From Vicinamibacteria bacterium (GTDB lineage: Bacteria > Acidobacteriota > Vicinamibacteria > Marinacidobacterales > Marinacidobacteraceae), in contig OZ219816.1 of the NCBI GenBank assembly GCA_964291235.2, positions 1,056,001 through 1,120,000 on the forward strand: 64,000 nt of DNA, given 5' to 3'. This document shows, piece by piece, positions 37,572 through 46,942 of this stretch; within the stretch, counting starts at the first letter, position 1, and every line of letters begins with the position of its first letter. The position numbers and the translations under genes were made by a program. The notes under the pieces were generated by a model. That model saw only the letters and a list, made by a program, of their open reading frames with translations, ran no database searches and was not told the origin of the DNA.

Positions 37572-38742
37572 TCAGCCCAGCGCGGCGCGGAAGCGGTCGG
37601 CCAGGTCGCCCGGGGTGGCCCGGTTCCAGGTCTCGTTGACACCGATCAGGAAACGGCCATCGGCCCGCATCCCTCCGAGGTCCACATCCCGCGCCCGGAG
37701 CCGGCGCCGGAAGTCCTCCGGGTCGGGCCCGGTCACCCCGAGCCGGAACAGATTGGTGCCGCCTGACAGGCGCTCGACTTCGAATGCGCCGTGGCGGCTG
37801 ACCTCGGCGATGAAGCCCTCGGAGATTCGCACCGCGTTCGTGAACCGGTCGATGAATCCCGGGAGAAAATTGAGCGCGACCGCGGCGAAGGGCCACGCGG
37901 CGGGCAGTCCGCTGCCGAACATTCGGCGGGTGTGGAACATCCCGTCGAGCAGCGAACGGGGCCCTGCCAGGATGGCCCCCGAGGCTGCGTTGAAATACTT
38001 GTAGAGCGACACGTACACGGTGTCGAAGGGGCGCGCCAGGTCGGCGACGTCCATCCCGGTGTAGGCGCTTTGCAGGAACATCCGCGCGCCGTCGAGGTGC
38101 AGCCGGATGCCCTCCTGGCGCGCGAAGGCGGCGATCCGGTCAAGTTCGGGCTGATCGAACGTTTCGCCCGCGCGCCGCCGAACCGGAGTCTCGATCGAGA
38201 TCACCGAAACCGGCCGCGAAACGCGCCCGCCGCGGGTGCGTTCCACGGTTTCCTTCACCTGGTCGAGGGTGAAGGTGGCGCGGCCCGGAGCGAGCGGGAT
38301 CAGACGGGATCGAGCTCAGGGTCTGTACGCAGTCCCCCGAGTCGTTATAGAGGTGGGCCTCGGCCTGCACGATCGCCCGTCCGCCGCCGGCTCCAGCCAG
38401 GCTGCGCACCGCAAGATGGTTGGCCAGCGTCCCCGTCGGCATGAAGACCGCGCGCTCCTTGCCGAGGATCGTGGCGAACTGTTCTTCGAGCGCCTCGACC
38501 GTGCCGCCGTTCGAATACGAATCCCGCTCGATGCGGCCCTCGTCGGCCATCTGCGCCAGCAGGCGGCCCTGCTCGCCCGGAGTCAATCCGAGGCCGTCTC
38601 CCATCATGCGGACCCGGTTCGAATCGGGAACGGCGACGGGCGCGTAACCGCTCCCTGCCGCCGCGGCGGCGGAGCCGGCCAGGCTCGCGCCGAGCCCGGC
38701 GGATCCCGCCTGAAGAAAACGTCGCCTGGGGATGGTGGTCAT
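37572..38742 (-). pseudogene. Tat-tagged low-specificity threonine aldolase family, split by a +1 frameshift near 38306
   Basis: N-part: PRRRFL, VFMPTGTLAN, AHLYND; C-part: ISIETP, LHLDGAR, VSLYKY. One extra base in atc-ccg-t-ctg-atc-ccg. Real lesion or assembly error. Confidence 0.75.
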
Positions 38743-38854
38743 GGCGTCCTCACTCCGTTGGGACCGATTGCCTGGCTGTCCGTCAAACGAAGCCGGGGCG
38801 GCCCGCGAACCAATGTATCCGCCCCTCGCGGGGCCGGCAACCCTGATCGGTTGC

Positions 38855-40282
38855 CTACCGCGCGCCTTCCAACTGGGCGCGAAAGGCGGGCGGGATGGTC
38901 ATGCCGAGTTCCTCGGCCCGCGCGAGATGGTGAAGGGCCTCCGCGGTGCGCCCTCGCTGGCGCGCCACATCCGCAAGCAGGAAGTGGAGGCCGGCCACCT
39001 GCCCGTCGGCCGCCCCTGTTTCTTCCGCGGCGCCGAGGGCCAGCTCCAGAGTGTCGGCGGCCTCGCCCAGGCGACCGACGGTGGCGAGCAATTGGCCGAG
39101 GCCCTGAAGGGCGGCCGGGTGCCGTGGTTCCTCGGACAGGGCCTCGCGGAGAAACCGCTCAGCCTGCCGGAGATCGCCGCGCTGGAAGTGCAGGCTCGAG
39201 GCGCCGAGCAACGTCGGGACGTGGGTGGGGTCGGCGGTGACGGAGCGACGGTAGAGGTCGTCCGCTTCGTGGTCCCTGCCGCTCCGGGCGAGCAGGTTGG
39301 CGAGGTTGGCCATGGCGGCGCTCGAGTCCGGGTCGCGCGCCAGTGCGGAGCGGTAGGCCGCCTCGGCGTCGTCTCCGCGGCCGAGGCGCGCGAGCGAGTT
39401 CGCGTGGTTGTAGTGCAGCTCGGCGCTGTCGGGGCGCTCGGTCACCAGGCGGCGGTAGATCGTTTCGGCGGTCTCGTAGTCCCCGGCGGCACTCGCCCGT
39501 CGCGCGCGCGCCTCCCGGCCCTGGCGGTCAGCCCGAAGATCTTCGACGGCGACAAGCAGCGGATCCGGGTCGAGGGTGATGCCGAGGCTCGGAGAACGGG
39601 CGGCGATGCGGGCCCGGTCGGCGGCCCGAGCGGCGCCGGCGGTATCGCCGGAACGCCTGAGAACCTGCGACAGGAAGGACCAGCCGGCGACCGAGGCCGG
39701 GAACCGTTCCACCACCCGCTCGAACTGGCGGCGTGCGCCCGCCAGGTCGCCGTGCTGAAGGCTGCGCCGCCCGAGAGCGAGCGGCGCCTCAACCGAACTC
39801 GGAGACGCTTGGTCGAGCGCCTCCCACGCGGCTTCCGCCGCATCGTGATTCCCGGTCGCCTCGAGCGTGCGGGCGCGGAGCGCGAGTGACGGAGAAAAAC
39901 GCGGATTCCGGCGGAGCGCCTCGTCGGCGAGCGAGAGGGCCCGTGCGGGTTCGGCGCCTTCGAGGAGGCGGCCGAGGAGGTGCGGCCAGCGATGATCGTC
40001 GCCATCCAGACGCGCGGCCTCGACATACGCGGTTTCCGCGGGGGCGGGCAGGCGATGGGCGTGGAGAACCATCCCCAATCGTCCCCACCCGGCGGGATCG
40101 CCGCGGTCCGCTTCGAGGGCGGCCCGGGCTCCGCGGATGGTCTCGGCGACGGCGGGTTCCATCCCCTCCGACGAGATTTCCGGAATGTCCGGTCCCCCGC
40201 AGGACGCGGCGAGCGCCACCAGTACCGCCGGCAAGAGGCTCCGACGCGCCGGGGCAGCCGGCCGGGGAGGGGATTCAGTCAA
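38855..40282 (-). CDS. TPR-repeat lipoprotein
   Basis: LAASC lipobox-like; many TPR-like helices; coupled to the upstream CRTAC1-like gene; TTG start inferred. Confidence 0.75.
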   Translation of the reverse strand: MTESPPRPAAPARRSLLPAVLVALAASCGGPDIPEISSEGMEPAVAETIRGARAALEADRGDPAGWGRLGMVLHAHRLPAPAETAYVEAARLDGDDHRWPHLLGRLLEGAEPARALSLADEALRRNPRFSPSLALRARTLEATGNHDAAEAAWEALDQASPSSVEAPLALGRRSLQHGDLAGARRQFERVVERFPASVAGWSFLSQVLRRSGDTAGAARAADRARIAARSPSLGITLDPDPLLVAVEDLRADRQGREARARRASAAGDYETAETIYRRLVTERPDSAELHYNHANSLARLGRGDDAEAAYRSALARDPDSSAAMANLANLLARSGRDHEADDLYRRSVTADPTHVPTLLGASSLHFQRGDLRQAERFLREALSEEPRHPAALQGLGQLLATVGRLGEAADTLELALGAAEETGAADGQVAGLHFLLADVARQRGRTAEALHHLARAEELGMTIPPAFRAQLEGAR

Positions 40283-41906
40283 TTGGCTGTCCCCCGCCGC
40301 GGACAACAACCACCGCCCGGTTCGGCGCCGGCGCGGGAAAGCGTTCCTCCGCCCCGTCGGACCACCGGACCGTCAGGCCTTCGATCGTGACGCCGGCGGG
40401 AAGTCCGAAGTGGGCTCTCGGATCCGAGGAACTCAGGTAGGAGACACCGGGGTTGGCGCGCGCGATGCGGATTCCACCCGAGGTGCGCAGCAAGACCGTG
40501 GCGCCGTGGTCGGGGACGCCCGCGGGTAGCTCTGCCGCCACCAGCAGCCACCCGGCGCCCTCGGGCGCGGTGTTTTCGTAGATGCGGGCCGGGCCCTCCA
40601 CCGCGGTGAGCACAAGATCGAGATCCCCGTCGCCGTCGAGGTCCCCGGAAGCCAGTCCCCGGCCGACGACGGGGACCTCGGTGAGTTCCGGCGACCGCGC
40701 GCCGACATCATGGAAGCGCTGACCGTCTCCGCCAAGAACGAGAGCCGGCTCCGCGTACTGCTCGAAGAACCGAACCTGCGGGGGTTCGCCGGCGGGGCGT
40801 GCGACCCGCCCGTTGGCGATGACCGCGTCGAGCACTCCGTCGTGCTCGAAATCCGCCAGGGCCACGCCGAATCCGGTCATCCGGAGGCCGAGCGTTCCCA
40901 GCCCGAGATCGATGGAGGCGTCCACGAAGCCGATGCCCGGTTCGGCCAGGTAGGCCGTATTGGTCTCGTCGGCGAAATGGGTGAGCAGGATGTCGAGGAC
41001 TCCGTCGCCGCTCAGGTCACCGATTTCCACTCCCATCCCCGCCTCGGGACGTCCGAAGCCGCTGAGCGCGGCGCCGAGCAGCAGCGCTTCTTCGATGAAC
41101 GTGCCGTCGCCCTGGTTCACCCAGAGGTGGTTGGCCTCGGTGTCGTTCGCGACGTAGAAGTCCAGTCGTCCGTCGCCGGTGAGATCCTGGCAGACCACTC
41201 CGAGGCCCCGCGCCGGGAGAGCAGCGATTCCGGCGTCTTCCGAGACCTCGACGAATTGCCCGTCACCGCGCCCCCGATAGAGGAGATCCGTCAGGCCGGA
41301 CACGGCGGTGGGATTGCAGTAGTCCTGTTCCCCGGTGGCTGCAAAGCACGGGAAATCCGGGTCGTAGTCCATGTAGCGGGTGACGAACAGGTCGAGACGA
41401 CCGTCCGCGTCGTAGTCGCAAAAGGTCGCCGAGGCGGACCAGCCGTCGTCCCAGCCACCTTGGTCGGAAACCCGGAGACCATCCGGGCCCGAATTGATAA
41501 GCAGCGTGTCTCGCCCGAACCCGGTTCGGAAGAGATCCAGGTCGCCGTCACCGTCCGCGTCTCCGGCGGCCACACCCATCCCGTAGGCGTCCACTTCGGG
41601 AAGCGCCGGGGCGGTCTCGAACCGGATCCCCGGCCCTCGGTTTCGAAAGAGCTGGTCGGCCCCGTCCCCCTGAACAAGATAGAGGTCGAGATCGCCGTCG
41701 CCGTCCTGGTCGAAGAGAGCGGCGCCCGACCCCATGATCTCGGGCATGAAGTAGTCCGGGCGGCCGTCGGCGTTTCTCCCGGTGCGGTGGGTGAATCCGG
41801 CGCCCGAAGTCGCGGTCACATCGGCGAAGCGCGGCTGCGCGGCGGCCGCCGAGCCAAGCGCGAGGGCACCCGCGAGGCCCCCCGCTGCGAACTTCCCGAA
41901 GATCAG
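40275..41906 (-). CDS. CRTAC1-family (FG-GAP / ASPIC-UnbV) exported protein
   Basis: Repeated DxDGDGDLDL motifs, AGMGV, SYLSSSDPRAHFGL, VRWSDG; the signal peptide lies upstream of the track start, implying a CTG start at 41906. Confidence 0.8.
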   Translation of the reverse strand: MIFGKFAAGGLAGALALGSAAAAQPRFADVTATSGAGFTHRTGRNADGRPDYFMPEIMGSGAALFDQDGDGDLDLYLVQGDGADQLFRNRGPGIRFETAPALPEVDAYGMGVAAGDADGDGDLDLFRTGFGRDTLLINSGPDGLRVSDQGGWDDGWSASATFCDYDADGRLDLFVTRYMDYDPDFPCFAATGEQDYCNPTAVSGLTDLLYRGRGDGQFVEVSEDAGIAALPARGLGVVCQDLTGDGRLDFYVANDTEANHLWVNQGDGTFIEEALLLGAALSGFGRPEAGMGVEIGDLSGDGVLDILLTHFADETNTAYLAEPGIGFVDASIDLGLGTLGLRMTGFGVALADFEHDGVLDAVIANGRVARPAGEPPQVRFFEQYAEPALVLGGDGQRFHDVGARSPELTEVPVVGRGLASGDLDGDGDLDLVLTAVEGPARIYENTAPEGAGWLLVAAELPAGVPDHGATVLLRTSGGIRIARANPGVSYLSSSDPRAHFGLPAGVTIEGLTVRWSDGAEERFPAPAPNRAVVVVRGGGQPID

Positions 41907-43189
41907 CGCCGGAGCACCGATCGCGGACCGATGTCCGCCAGGCTCGGAGTTCCTGCGAGCTGCATCGCGAGCTTCAGCTCGTCACGGAGAATCCGGAGGA
42001 CGGTTTCGACCCCCGCTTCCCCGAAGGCGGCGAGTCCCCAGAGGTAGGCGCGACCAACCAGGATTGCGTCGGCGCCGAGCGCCAACGCCTTGAAAATGTC
42101 CACCCCGCGCCGAATGCCGCTGTCCATGATGACGGGAATGCGGCCGTCTATCGCCCTCACGACCTCGGGCAGACTGTCGATGGTGCCGATGCCGCTTTCC
42201 TCGGCGCGCCCGCCGTGATTCGAGACCACGATCCCGTCCACGCCGTGCTCGAGGCAGAGTTCGGCGTCCTCGGCGGTGACGATGCCTTTCAGGAGGACCT
42301 TCATGGACGTGATGTCCCGCAGGCGCTTCACGACGTCCCAGGTGAGACGGGGATTGTTGAGGCCGGCGAAGCGGCTGCGCCCGGTGATGTTCTCCACATC
42401 GATTCCGTCGAACATGCTCTTGCGGGAGACATAGCCCGCGAGTCCGGGCACGTGGCAAACCTCGCATTCCCGCTCATCCAGGCGGGCCGTAAGCGGCGTG
42501 CTGATCCGGTTGCTTCCGGCGGGGAGATCCACGGTCAGCGCTACCGCCGGACAACCGGCCGCTTCCGCCCGCGCCACGAGCTGTTTCGTAACCTCGAAGT
42601 TGGTGGTCGGGTAAAGCTGGTACCAGACCGGTTCGCCACGTGCCTCGTTGACTTCTTCCACCCCGGAGGTGGTCACCGTGGAGAGCAGTTGCAGGTGGTC
42701 CATCGTCCGTGCCGCCCGGGCCACGGCGACCTCTCCTTCGGGATGAAACGCCTTCTGACTCCCACAGGGGGCAATGCAGATGGGGGACGTCCAGCGCCGC
42801 CCGAAGAGTTCCACCGACATGTCGGGGTTCGAAACGTCCACCAGCCGGCGCGCTCGAATCCCGACTTTGTCCAGGGCCCGGCGGTTCGCAGCCAGAGTGC
42901 CTTCTCCGTCCACTCCGGTTGCCATGTAGCCGTAGTGGGCGGGCGGCAGGTTCCGTTCCGCCAGCACCCGGAAGTCGAAGATGTCCGCAGCTTCTTCGGG
43001 CGCGTTGATCGGTGTCCGGGGGAAGCGGTTGTAGCCGAACAGTTCCGCGCTCTGCTGCTGCGAACCGGTCTCATAGCCCTGGGCCGAGGCGCGCGGTTCC
43101 CAGCATCCGGAGCCAAGCAGCAACGGGCTTCCGGCCAGATAGCGCAGGAAACGGCGGCGATTCGGGTTCAGGTCGTGCGCGTCACGCAT
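41903..43189 (-). CDS. Tat-tagged FMN-dependent alpha-hydroxy acid oxidase/dehydrogenase
   Basis: NRRRFL leader; WYQLY, LTVD, LKGI, VSNHGGR, DSGIRRGVDIFKALALGA. Confidence 0.88.
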   Translation of the reverse strand: MRDAHDLNPNRRRFLRYLAGSPLLLGSGCWEPRASAQGYETGSQQQSAELFGYNRFPRTPINAPEEAADIFDFRVLAERNLPPAHYGYMATGVDGEGTLAANRRALDKVGIRARRLVDVSNPDMSVELFGRRWTSPICIAPCGSQKAFHPEGEVAVARAARTMDHLQLLSTVTTSGVEEVNEARGEPVWYQLYPTTNFEVTKQLVARAEAAGCPAVALTVDLPAGSNRISTPLTARLDERECEVCHVPGLAGYVSRKSMFDGIDVENITGRSRFAGLNNPRLTWDVVKRLRDITSMKVLLKGIVTAEDAELCLEHGVDGIVVSNHGGRAEESGIGTIDSLPEVVRAIDGRIPVIMDSGIRRGVDIFKALALGADAILVGRAYLWGLAAFGEAGVETVLRILRDELKLAMQLAGTPSLADIGPRSVLRR

Positions 43190-43428
43190 CGGGCTCCTCC
43201 TGACTGGCTCGCCATTGTGTCACTCGCCGGCTGCTAACCACTTGACGAACCGCGAGCGCCCCGGTCGGCGGGTTCCCCAGACGCCCGGCCTCCGCGATGC
43301 GGGACGACGGTCGTGGGGCGGTTCGCGTTTCGCAAACAAATCACACGGTATCATCGAGAATCGGCGGCTGGGCGGCGACGTGGCCGAACGGCTTGGACGC
43401 GCGCTCCGAGGAACCTGGAGGGGAACCC

Positions 43429-44808
43429 ATGAACACGGCGATGGACTTGACCAGGAGTGACAGTCGGCGCCAGACCGACGCACCGCTCTGGAGTCGGAGA
43501 TCTCTGATGCACTCGAGTTGCGCGGCCGCGTTCCTGGTCCCGTGGGCCCGCCTTGCGCATGCTGCCCTCGGTACGGGTGACGGAGGGGCGTTTTCCAGTG
43601 CTTCGGGACCGGCTGCCGGTGCCCAGGACCCGGTGCCGGGAACCGCCGGAGACGAAATCGTGCTCGGGACGTCGGCCGCCTTCACGGGTCCGTCGCGCGG
43701 GCTTGGGAACGAGCTCTACCGCGGTGCGATGGCGTACTTCAGGCACCTGAACGACAGCGGCGGAGTGGGCGGAAAACGGATCGCGCTGAAACTCTACGAC
43801 GATGGCTACCAGCCCGACCCGTGCGTCCAGAACACCCTGAAACTGATGCTGGAGGATCAGGTCTTCCTGCTGTTCGGCTACGTGGGGACTCCTACCGTAA
43901 CCCGGGTGCTTCCAATGTTGAAGAAGTTCCAGGACCAGCGGATCTATATGTTCTTCCCGTTCACCGGAGCGCAGCCGCAGCGGGAGCCGCCCTACGGCGA
44001 TTTCGCGTTCAACCTGCGCGCGTCCTACCGCCAGGAAACGGCTGGGTTGGTGGACAACTTCCTCGCCACCGGCCGCCGCCGGATCGCGGTGTTCTACCAG
44101 GCGGATGCTTACGGCCGGAGCGGATGGGCCGGAGTTCGCGCCGCGCTTGAGAACCACGGGGAGACCATTGCCGGCGAGGCGACCTATCAGCGCGGCTCCC
44201 GCTTCACCGGGACGATGCGCGCCCAGGTCGAGATCCTTCAGAAGGCATCGCCGGACGCCGTCATCTGCGTTGGGGCGTACGCCGCCTGCGCCGCCTTCGC
44301 CCGCGACGCTATTGATCTCGGACTTCGCGTCCCCATTGCGAACCTTTCGTTCGTGGGGAGCGAGAACCTGGTCAATCTGCTCAGCGAGGGGCGCGACGAT
44401 GCGGAGACCTATACGCAGTGGCTCGTCAACTCGCAGGTGGTGCCCAGCTACGAGGATGAGTCGGTTCCGGCGGTCCGGGAATACCGTGAGTTGATGGCGC
44501 GCCACAATCCCCAGATCCCGGAGCAGTTCGCGGACGAGCAGTACGAGCCGCTGCCACAGAGTTTCGTCAGCCTCGAGGGCTTCATGAACGCGAAGCTGAT
44601 GGCGGAGATCCTGCGGCGCTTCGACGGGGCTCCGACGCGGGCCGGCCTCGAAGAGGCGGTTTTCTCGATTCGGGACTTCGACCTCGGCATCGGCGAACAG
44701 GTCTCGTTCGGTCCCGACCGCCGACAGGGGCTCCAGCGCGTTTATTACACCGTCGTCGAGGAAGGCCGTTTCGTTCCCTTGACCGACTGGAACTCACTTC
44801 CCTCCTGA
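43429..44808 (+). CDS. Type I periplasmic substrate-binding protein (Leu/Ile/Val-binding-like)
   Basis: GGAGG RBS; SRRSLM Tat-like leader; LGTSAAFTGP, GGVGGKRI, YDDGYQP, GYVGTPT, LRASYRQE. Confidence 0.82.
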   Translation: MNTAMDLTRSDSRRQTDAPLWSRRSLMHSSCAAAFLVPWARLAHAALGTGDGGAFSSASGPAAGAQDPVPGTAGDEIVLGTSAAFTGPSRGLGNELYRGAMAYFRHLNDSGGVGGKRIALKLYDDGYQPDPCVQNTLKLMLEDQVFLLFGYVGTPTVTRVLPMLKKFQDQRIYMFFPFTGAQPQREPPYGDFAFNLRASYRQETAGLVDNFLATGRRRIAVFYQADAYGRSGWAGVRAALENHGETIAGEATYQRGSRFTGTMRAQVEILQKASPDAVICVGAYAACAAFARDAIDLGLRVPIANLSFVGSENLVNLLSEGRDDAETYTQWLVNSQVVPSYEDESVPAVREYRELMARHNPQIPEQFADEQYEPLPQSFVSLEGFMNAKLMAEILRRFDGAPTRAGLEEAVFSIRDFDLGIGEQVSFGPDRRQGLQRVYYTVVEEGRFVPLTDWNSLPS

Positions 44809-44809
44809 T

Positions 44810-45574
44810 ATGAAAGTCCACAAACTGTTCCAGCGGATGCGGTTCGGCATCTTCGCGCTCTTCGGGCTGATCGTTCTCTCCACGTCGCTGCTCTGCATCC
44901 GGACCGTGGATACCGAACTCTCGGCGGAATACGCAGCCAACAGTCAGAGCATCGCGAAGACGATTGCCGACGCGAGCGTGGACATCCTCCTGAATCGGAA
45001 CCTGGCGACGCTGCAGTCGCTGATCGACCAGTTCGTCGAAGTTCAGGGGATCCGCTACATCTACATCACGGATGAGGAGGGCGAGTTCCTCGCCCATACC
45101 TTCGTGCCGGGGATCCCGGAACAGATCCTGGAGAGCGATCCCTTCCGCACGGAACCGATCGAGCGCAGCCTGCCGGGCATGGGTGATTTCGTCGAGGTCA
45201 GCAGTCCCATCCTGGCGGGAGTGGCGGGGACCGTGCATCTCGGCATGGACCTCGACCTCGTGGCGCTCAAGATCCAGCGGGCCATCGGCCAGCAGGTGTA
45301 TCTGATCTCGATCCTGCTGGTTCTCGGGATCCTGGCCTCCATCTGGCTCGTGAACCTCGTAGCGCGTCCGCTGGCCGAACTCCTTACCTATGCGGTGGAA
45401 ACCGCCAGACGTCCTCCGGAACAGAGAGCGCAGGTGGTTGCCAGGGAAGACCTGCTCGCACGTGACGATGAGGTCGGGCAGTTGGCGCGGCTGATCCTCT
45501 ACATGTCGCAAACCCGGCCGCCCTCGGGATCCGGCGCGCGTCCCGGCCCGGAAGAGGCGCGCTCCGCGGCGTAG
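44810..45574 (+). CDS. Two-TM sensor-like membrane protein with degenerate HAMP and no output domain
   Basis: TM - Cache-like periplasmic region (YIYITDEEGEFLAHTF) - TM - VARPLAEL...DDEVGQLA, then stop. Confidence 0.7.
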   Translation: MKVHKLFQRMRFGIFALFGLIVLSTSLLCIRTVDTELSAEYAANSQSIAKTIADASVDILLNRNLATLQSLIDQFVEVQGIRYIYITDEEGEFLAHTFVPGIPEQILESDPFRTEPIERSLPGMGDFVEVSSPILAGVAGTVHLGMDLDLVALKIQRAIGQQVYLISILLVLGILASIWLVNLVARPLAELLTYAVETARRPPEQRAQVVAREDLLARDDEVGQLARLILYMSQTRPPSGSGARPGPEEARSAA

Positions 45575-45606
45575 TCGCCGGTGAGCCGTCTGGCTGAGGG
45601 AACGCC

Positions 45607-46929
45607 GTGATCCAACTGCCGCCGAACTTGTCCCGCTGGCTGGCGGTGACCGTGTGTACGGTGCTGCAGCTCTGCTTCGGGACGGTGTATGCGTGGAGCT
45701 TCTTCCAGACCCTGCTCGTCCGGCAGTCCGGCTGGACCTTCACCGAAACGGCCTGGGCGTTCAGTCTCGCCATCTTCTCGCTGGGAGTATCGGCGGCGTG
45801 GGCGGGCCAGGTGCTGCCGCGGGTGGGCCCGCGGAAGCTGGCCCTGGCCGGGAGCATGTTGTTTTGCGCCGGTTACCTGATCGCGGGCTTCGCGCTGCAA
45901 GTGGACAACATTCCGCTGTTCTGCCTCGGCTACGGCGTGATCGGGGGGATCGGGATCGGAATGGGCTACGTGACGCCGGTCGCCACGGTGGCCAAGTGGT
46001 TCCCGGAGAAAAAGGGACTCGCGACCGGCATCGTGGTCATGGGTTTCGGGGTGGGCGCCCTGCTGCTCAGCAAGGGCCTCGCTCCGGTTCTCGTCGTCCA
46101 GACGGCCGGAGATCTGCCCCTGGTCTTCTTCGGACTGGGCGCCATCTTCGCGATCATCCTGATTCCGGCGAGCCTTCTGATCAGCAATCCTCCGCCCGCG
46201 CCCGCAGCGGGAAGTCCGGGTGGCGGGGCCAGGGCCGGGGGCGCCGAGGAATCCGAGACGGTAAGGACATACCTCAAAACGGGACAGTTCCTGCTGCTCT
46301 GGATCGTCTTCTTCTTCAATATCGCCGCGGGCATCTCGATCATCAGTTTCCAGTCGGAGTTGCTGCAGGAAGTGTGGACCCTGGCCGACCCGTCGCTGGA
46401 GCCGGCGGTCCTCGCCCAGTACGGCGCGACCCTGATAGCGGTCAGTTCGTTGTTCAACGGCTTGGGACGTCTGTTCTGGGGGCTCCTGTCGGACCGGATC
46501 GGCCGGGTGAAAGTCTTCCGGACTCTGCTCGCCACCCAGATGGTCGTATTCGGCATCCTCATGACCGAAACGAACCCCTGGGTCTTTTCGATCCTCGTCT
46601 GCTATGTCCTGCTCTGTTTCGGCGGTGGCTTCGCCACCATGCCACCCTTCATCCTGGACACGTTCGGCGCCCGCCGGATGTCGGCCGTTTACGGCGCCGT
46701 GCTCACGGCGTGGGCGGCAGCCGGTATCGCCGGCCCGATGTACGTGGGCTACCTGAAGGACAGCTACCCCGACCGCGCGGTCATGTACTGCTTCCTGATC
46801 GGCATCCTCATGCTTGGCGGGGGGTATCTCTTCTCCTACCTGCTGAACGAAGAGAGGATCCGCCTCACGAAACCGACGATGGAGAGCACGCTCCGGGATT
46901 TCGGAATCGTGGCGCCCAAGAGTTCCTGA
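45607..46929 (+). CDS. OFA-family MFS transporter (oxalate/formate antiporter-like)
   Basis: GTVYAWSFF, GMGYVTPVATVAKWFPEKKGLATG, FNGLGRLFWGLLSDRIGR, FGGGFATMP. Confidence 0.85.
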   Translation: MIQLPPNLSRWLAVTVCTVLQLCFGTVYAWSFFQTLLVRQSGWTFTETAWAFSLAIFSLGVSAAWAGQVLPRVGPRKLALAGSMLFCAGYLIAGFALQVDNIPLFCLGYGVIGGIGIGMGYVTPVATVAKWFPEKKGLATGIVVMGFGVGALLLSKGLAPVLVVQTAGDLPLVFFGLGAIFAIILIPASLLISNPPPAPAAGSPGGGARAGGAEESETVRTYLKTGQFLLLWIVFFFNIAAGISIISFQSELLQEVWTLADPSLEPAVLAQYGATLIAVSSLFNGLGRLFWGLLSDRIGRVKVFRTLLATQMVVFGILMTETNPWVFSILVCYVLLCFGGGFATMPPFILDTFGARRMSAVYGAVLTAWAAAGIAGPMYVGYLKDSYPDRAVMYCFLIGILMLGGGYLFSYLLNEERIRLTKPTMESTLRDFGIVAPKSS

Positions 46930-46942
46930 CGGGGTCCCGTCT

